This document shows positions 46,984-51,039 of a DNA stretch of 51,039 nucleotides, piece by piece. A model generated the notes under the pieces. It was not told the DNA's origin, made no database searches, and saw nothing but the letters and a program-made list of their open reading frames with translations. Source of the stretch: an uncultured Prevotellaceae bacterium (GTDB lineage Bacteria; Bacteroidota; Bacteroidia; Bacteroidales; UBA3663); the NCBI GenBank assembly GCA_964530595.1, contig CAZGZL010000003.1, positions 1 through 51,039 of the forward strand. Reading direction: 5' to 3'. Both the position numbers and the translations under genes were made by a program. Every line of letters starts with the position of its first letter. Position 1 is the stretch's first letter.

Positions 46984-48282
46984 ATGAAAAAAGGTATTCT
47001 ATCTCTTTCGCCGCTACTGGTTTTTCTCTGCCTGTATTTAGTCACCAGCATCGTAGCGCACGACTTTTACAAAGTTCCTGTCACTGTAGCCTTTCTTGTT
47101 TCAGCCATTTACGCTGTAGTCATCACCCGCGGCACGCTCAACGAACGCATCCGCATCTTCTCGGAGGGAGCTGGACATCCCGACATGATGCTGATGCTAT
47201 GGATCTTCCTCTTGGCGGGCGCCTTTGCCGCCTCAGCCAAAGCCATGGGTGCCGTCGACGCCACCGTCAACCTGACGTTACGACTCTTGCCTCAATCGCT
47301 GTTGTTGCCGGGGCTTTTCTTAGCAGCCTGCTTCATCTCCCTCTCCATCGGCACCTCGGTAGGTACAATCGCCGCGTTGACGCCGGTGGCGGCTGGCATT
47401 TCCGGGCAATCAGACTGCCCGCTACCGCTCATGGTAGCAATCGTCGTAGGCGGAGCATTTTTCGGTGATAATCTCTCTTTTATCAGCGATACCACCATTG
47501 TAGCGACACAAACCCAAGGCTGCAAAATGAGCGACAAGTTTCGCGCTAACCTGCGCATAGTTTTGCCCGTTGCGCTGTTGATGCTCATTATATATTATGT
47601 GATCGGCTTAGGCATCCACGTCCCCACGGACATTCCCTCCGTCGACTTTTGGAAGATCATTCCCTACATCACCGTAATTGTCACTGCTGTCTGCGGCATG
47701 AATGTATTATACGTCTTGGTGTTAGGGCTTGTCCTCACCGGATGGATCGGCATGATCGACGGAAGTTACGATCTCTTTGAATGGTTCTCGGCCATGGCAT
47801 CGGGCATGATGGGCATGAGTGAATTGATCGTGATGACCCTATTGGCGGGAGGAATGCTGTCGCTGATCCGACATAATGGCGGCGTACAGTTCCTTATCGA
47901 CCGTTTAACGCACGGCGTGACGAGCAAACGAAATGCAGAGTTCAGCATCGCCTCCTTAGTATGCTTAGTCAACATCTGCACAGCCAACAATACCGTTGCC
48001 ATCATTACTGCCGGTCCGATCGCGGCAGACATTGCCACACGCTTCGGCATAGATCGTCGCAAGAGCGCCAGCATTCTCGACACCGTTTCGTGCTTCACAC
48101 AGGGGCTCCTTCCCTATGGCGCACAGATGCTGATCGCTGCCGGATTAGCGAGCGAGGCTGTCGGTCTGAGCCTCAGCCCTGCCGCCATCATCGGCTACCT
48201 CTACTACCCGATGGGCATTGGCTTAGCCGTTGTGATCAGCATATTGCACGACGCCCGACGCGCCAGGGATCTGCATCAATAA
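46984..48282 (+). CDS. NhaC-family antiporter/amino-acid transporter (MetT-like)
   Basis: IFLLAGAF, SIGTSVGT, GGAFFGDNLSFISDTT, TANNTVAI, QGLLPYGAQML. Confidence 0.88.
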   Translation: MKKGILSLSPLLVFLCLYLVTSIVAHDFYKVPVTVAFLVSAIYAVVITRGTLNERIRIFSEGAGHPDMMLMLWIFLLAGAFAASAKAMGAVDATVNLTLRLLPQSLLLPGLFLAACFISLSIGTSVGTIAALTPVAAGISGQSDCPLPLMVAIVVGGAFFGDNLSFISDTTIVATQTQGCKMSDKFRANLRIVLPVALLMLIIYYVIGLGIHVPTDIPSVDFWKIIPYITVIVTAVCGMNVLYVLVLGLVLTGWIGMIDGSYDLFEWFSAMASGMMGMSELIVMTLLAGGMLSLIRHNGGVQFLIDRLTHGVTSKRNAEFSIASLVCLVNICTANNTVAIITAGPIAADIATRFGIDRRKSASILDTVSCFTQGLLPYGAQMLIAAGLASEAVGLSLSPAAIIGYLYYPMGIGLAVVISILHDARRARDLHQ

Positions 48283-48300
48283 TAACGACAGCTTCTTCTT

Positions 48301-49470
48301 TTATCTCAAATTGGCACTGACGGTCTTAACATCTGCGCCGAACTTATCATGAACGACGATGGAGCGTAAACCACCCCACGTGTAACCAATCAGCTCCTCG
48401 ATAGCCAAGCGCGGCACAATGCGCAGCAACGAGCCCCAGCGCCGCGCTAAAAGGCAGAAGTTATACAACTTACCGCGAAAATAACCGTGCGGACGTCGTC
48501 CTCGGTGTTCGCTGTACTTTCCGAAGTTCCCCTCGTTCAGAATACAGCGTAGAACCGCATCGGCTTTAGCACGATAGCGAGAATCATAGAACGGGCATTC
48601 CGCCGCAGGGAGTCCTAAATAATCGACCGCAACCACCGACATGATCTGCCACGGCAGCCAGAGACCGCACGCCTCCAAATGGCGACGCAATGCAGCGCGA
48701 TCTATCTGATCTGCGTAACTATGCAGGTACAAAATCCAGTCGCAACATTGACGCAACCCGACGCCGCCGATCATAAAATGCTGCCATGTATGAGCAAAGA
48801 TATATCCGGCGTTATAGGTCGGCGGTGGCACGGCGATATCAGTGGCGCCAATGCGTACCGTAGGGCAAGCCTCCGGTGTCAAATCTGCGTCCGTCCAACG
48901 AATGAAGTTGCGTTTATAGCGTCCGACAGAGAGCAGCAACGTATAGCGATGCACCTCGATGAAAGCCTCGTGCCACATCATGTGATAATGTTTCTCATTC
49001 TGCATCTCCACTTCGGAATGTGTGCTGTCCGGCAACAACAAATCGACAGCACGCTGATAATCTTTCGCCCCAATATAGAGATCAATGTCGCCGCACTGCC
49101 GTAAGTCCGGCTGCGGATAGCAAGTGGCTACACCCTGTCCTTTGAGCAGTACCGGGCATATTCCGTCAGCGCGCAACGTAGCGTCCAATTTTTGCAACAC
49201 CCTGTTGAGACGCGCGTTCGATTTTCGCGCAGTCATCTGACGCATCAAGACTTGGCGAGCGAGGGTCTGCGGCAAATGCAACGCGACACCGTGTTGCAAG
49301 ATCGCTTCGCTTAGCACTCCAGCAAGGGTCTGCTGATCTGCCAAGCGCAATACAGACGTCCAATCGACGTCTGTAAATAACGATGCATCCATCGGCGTGC
49401 TCCACAAGGAGGCGCGCAGCAGAGATAAGACTTGTTGTTCAGAAAGACTAAGTATTGAATCTTTTTTCAT
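48301..49470 (-). CDS. Uncharacterised nucleotidyltransferase (NTP_transf_5 family)
   Basis: LLKGQG..YP.P.LR..GDIDL, IEVH, H...HF..GG.GLRQ.CDW, GNFG. Confidence 0.85.
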   Translation of the reverse strand: MKKDSILSLSEQQVLSLLRASLWSTPMDASLFTDVDWTSVLRLADQQTLAGVLSEAILQHGVALHLPQTLARQVLMRQMTARKSNARLNRVLQKLDATLRADGICPVLLKGQGVATCYPQPDLRQCGDIDLYIGAKDYQRAVDLLLPDSTHSEVEMQNEKHYHMMWHEAFIEVHRYTLLLSVGRYKRNFIRWTDADLTPEACPTVRIGATDIAVPPPTYNAGYIFAHTWQHFMIGGVGLRQCCDWILYLHSYADQIDRAALRRHLEACGLWLPWQIMSVVAVDYLGLPAAECPFYDSRYRAKADAVLRCILNEGNFGKYSEHRGRRPHGYFRGKLYNFCLLARRWGSLLRIVPRLAIEELIGYTWGGLRSIVVHDKFGADVKTVSANLR

Positions 49471-49530
49471 GGAATGTCTTCGTTCATCTTTTTATGATTG
49501 CGAGACTGATCCGTCCCGTCTATTTCTATA

Positions 49531-49566
49531 AATGCCCCGAAACACCACCTTGGCGTTCGGGGCATT
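49531..49566. terminator. Hairpin downstream of purF
   Basis: AATGCCCCGAA...TTCGGGGCATT 11-bp stem; the T-run is stronger on the plus strand. Confidence 0.55.
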
Positions 49567-49597
49567 ATTTTTTATTGTTGCAACTTTATTACAGGGA

Positions 49598-51039
49598 TCA
49601 GTGCATAGCGCGCTTGGTATCATTACCCTCGTAGAAGTTGATGAAAGCGTTGTTCACCAAACGGTTACCACCGGGCGTGGGATAGTTGCCGGTGAAATAC
49701 CAATCGCCCGGCGTATTGGGGCACGCTTCATGCAATCCTTCGACCGTCTGATAGATAATTTCGACGGGGACTTTGACCGTGGCAGGGGTTAACATCTGCG
49801 CGATCTTGGCTGAGATTTCCTCGTCAGTGAAAGGAGCATAAACCTTCTGTACATAGTTCACCACCTCTTCCTTGGGCAGATTTTCCTGCGCCTTGCAGAG
49901 TTCGTAGATGTGTTTCAGCGATTCGTCCATGCCGCGATCATGATGCAACTCGATAGCCGCGCGGAAGGCGATAAACTCTCCCATGCGAGACATATCAATG
50001 CCGTAACAGTCGGGATAACGTACCTGTGGTGACGAAGATACGATAACGATCTTCTTCGGACACAAGGTATTGAGAATCTTTATGATGCTCTGTTTGAGAG
50101 TCGTTCCGCGAACGATGCTATCGTCGATGGCGACCAACGTATCAACATTATCCTCCACCAAACCGTAGGTGACGTCATAGACGTGTCCTGCCAAGTCGTT
50201 GCGGCTGGTGCCTTCGGCAATGAATGTACGGAGCTTAATATCCTTGTTGGCGATCTTCTCCGAACGGATGCGGCGACCTAAGATCTCCATCAGCTCCGTT
50301 TCGGTGAGCGATGCGCCTCGGGCACGAATCAGTTCTGCCTTTTGGCGATTCAAGAGGTCGTTCAAGCCCTCAGTCATGCCCATGTACGCCACCTCTGCGG
50401 TGTTGGGAATAAAGGAGAAGAGAGCGTGTTGCAAGTCGCCATCGCAAGCCTGAGCTACGCGAGGCGCCAAGAGGTAGCCCAAGCGTTTACGCTCCTGATA
50501 GATATCAGCGTCGTTACCGCGGGAGAAGTAAATGCGTTCAAACGAACAATCGTGACGAGCTTGCGCCGGATTGATCTGTGCGAAGCGCACTTGTGCTGCC
50601 TTATTGACGATAACGGCCTGTCCGGGCTCTAACTGTTTGACATCTGCATAATCGACCCCGAAAGCAGTCTGAATAACGGGGCGTTCGGAGGCTACGACGA
50701 GCACTTCGTCGTCACAATAATAGAATGCTGGACGAATGCCCCACGGGTCACGCACGGCAAAGCATTCTCCGCTACCGGTCATACCGCAGATGCAGTAGCC
50801 GCCGTCCCACGAGGGAGAAGCCGTCTTCAGGACATTCTCCATGACGATGTGGTCTTCGATCTCCATCGTCACTTGGCGTCCCGAACGACGATCGTCGTTG
50901 TATTGCTGATAGAGGCGTTCCACCTCGCGATCCAAACGGAAGCCGATCTGTTCCAGCATCAAGTAGGTATCGGCGTACTTACGAGGATGCTGACCGCTCT
51001 CCATGACGTCGGCGAAAATCTCGTCCACGTTCGTCAGGT
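49598..51039 (-). CDS. purF: Amidophosphoribosyltransferase (long Bacteroidetes form), 5' end outside the window
   Basis: RDPWGIRP, ASE, CSFERIYFSR, IPNTAE, RTFI, IDDSIVRGTT, YPDCYGIDM, WYFTGNYPT; frame is open to the window edge. Confidence 0.93.
   Translation of the reverse strand, partial: LTNVDEIFADVMESGQHPRKYADTYLMLEQIGFRLDREVERLYQQYNDDRRSGRQVTMEIEDHIVMENVLKTASPSWDGGYCICGMTGSGECFAVRDPWGIRPAFYYCDDEVLVVASERPVIQTAFGVDYADVKQLEPGQAVIVNKAAQVRFAQINPAQARHDCSFERIYFSRGNDADIYQERKRLGYLLAPRVAQACDGDLQHALFSFIPNTAEVAYMGMTEGLNDLLNRQKAELIRARGASLTETELMEILGRRIRSEKIANKDIKLRTFIAEGTSRNDLAGHVYDVTYGLVEDNVDTLVAIDDSIVRGTTLKQSIIKILNTLCPKKIVIVSSSPQVRYPDCYGIDMSRMGEFIAFRAAIELHHDRGMDESLKHIYELCKAQENLPKEEVVNYVQKVYAPFTDEEISAKIAQMLTPATVKVPVEIIYQTVEGLHEACPNTPGDWYFTGNYPTPGGNRLVNNAFINFYEGNDTKRAMH

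Noticed and set aside
48301-49470. Nucleotidyltransferase as a toxin-antitoxin, CBASS or lasso-peptide component
   Set aside because: No HEPN partner, effector, PqqD or peptidase gene adjacent; flanked by housekeeping genes.
1-51039. CRISPR array, IS/integrase, prophage, tRNA/rRNA
   Set aside because: No regularly spaced repeats, transposase/integrase/phage motifs or tRNA-like sequences seen; intergenic gaps are all under about 330 nt.

Overview
51-kb chromosomal window from a Bacteroidales (Prevotellaceae/Muribaculaceae-like) bacterium, inferred from TAnnTTTG -7 promoters, absent Shine-Dalgarno motifs, a hybrid two-component regulator (HTCS), T9SS-type C-termini and a FeoAB fusion. I found no mobile element, CRISPR array, rRNA or tRNA. 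Left arm (1-16.5 kb) is housekeeping: proA (partial), DUF4250, MBL hydrolase, rsmG, DUF3298 lipoprotein, TPR protein, HU/SPOR protein, recJ, two RecQ helicases, rho with a long disordered insert, ABC-F, hemW. The middle (16.7-32.4 kb) is a xylan-type locus with no SusC/SusD in the window: multimodular GH98-CBM35 with a duplicated unassigned domain and T9SS-like CTD, GH43, GPH/MFS transporter, SASA/CE20-like esterase, HTCS and GH2. The right arm holds a tandem thioesterase plus PlsC-like acyltransferase, a coupled pair (small T9SS cargo + CTD-less Cthe_2159-family protein sharing an N-terminal module), FeoAB with a CX2CX2CX4C linker, alkaline phosphatase, an accC-BCCP-carboxyltransferase operon, two transporters, a nucleotidyltransferase and purF (partial). 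Best candidates for new biology: the possible T9SS adaptor/passenger pair (34454-37752), the Sus-less GH98 locus, the Cys-cluster FeoAB, and a candidate sRNA at about 16517-16636. All family calls come from motif recognition by eye, not database searches.
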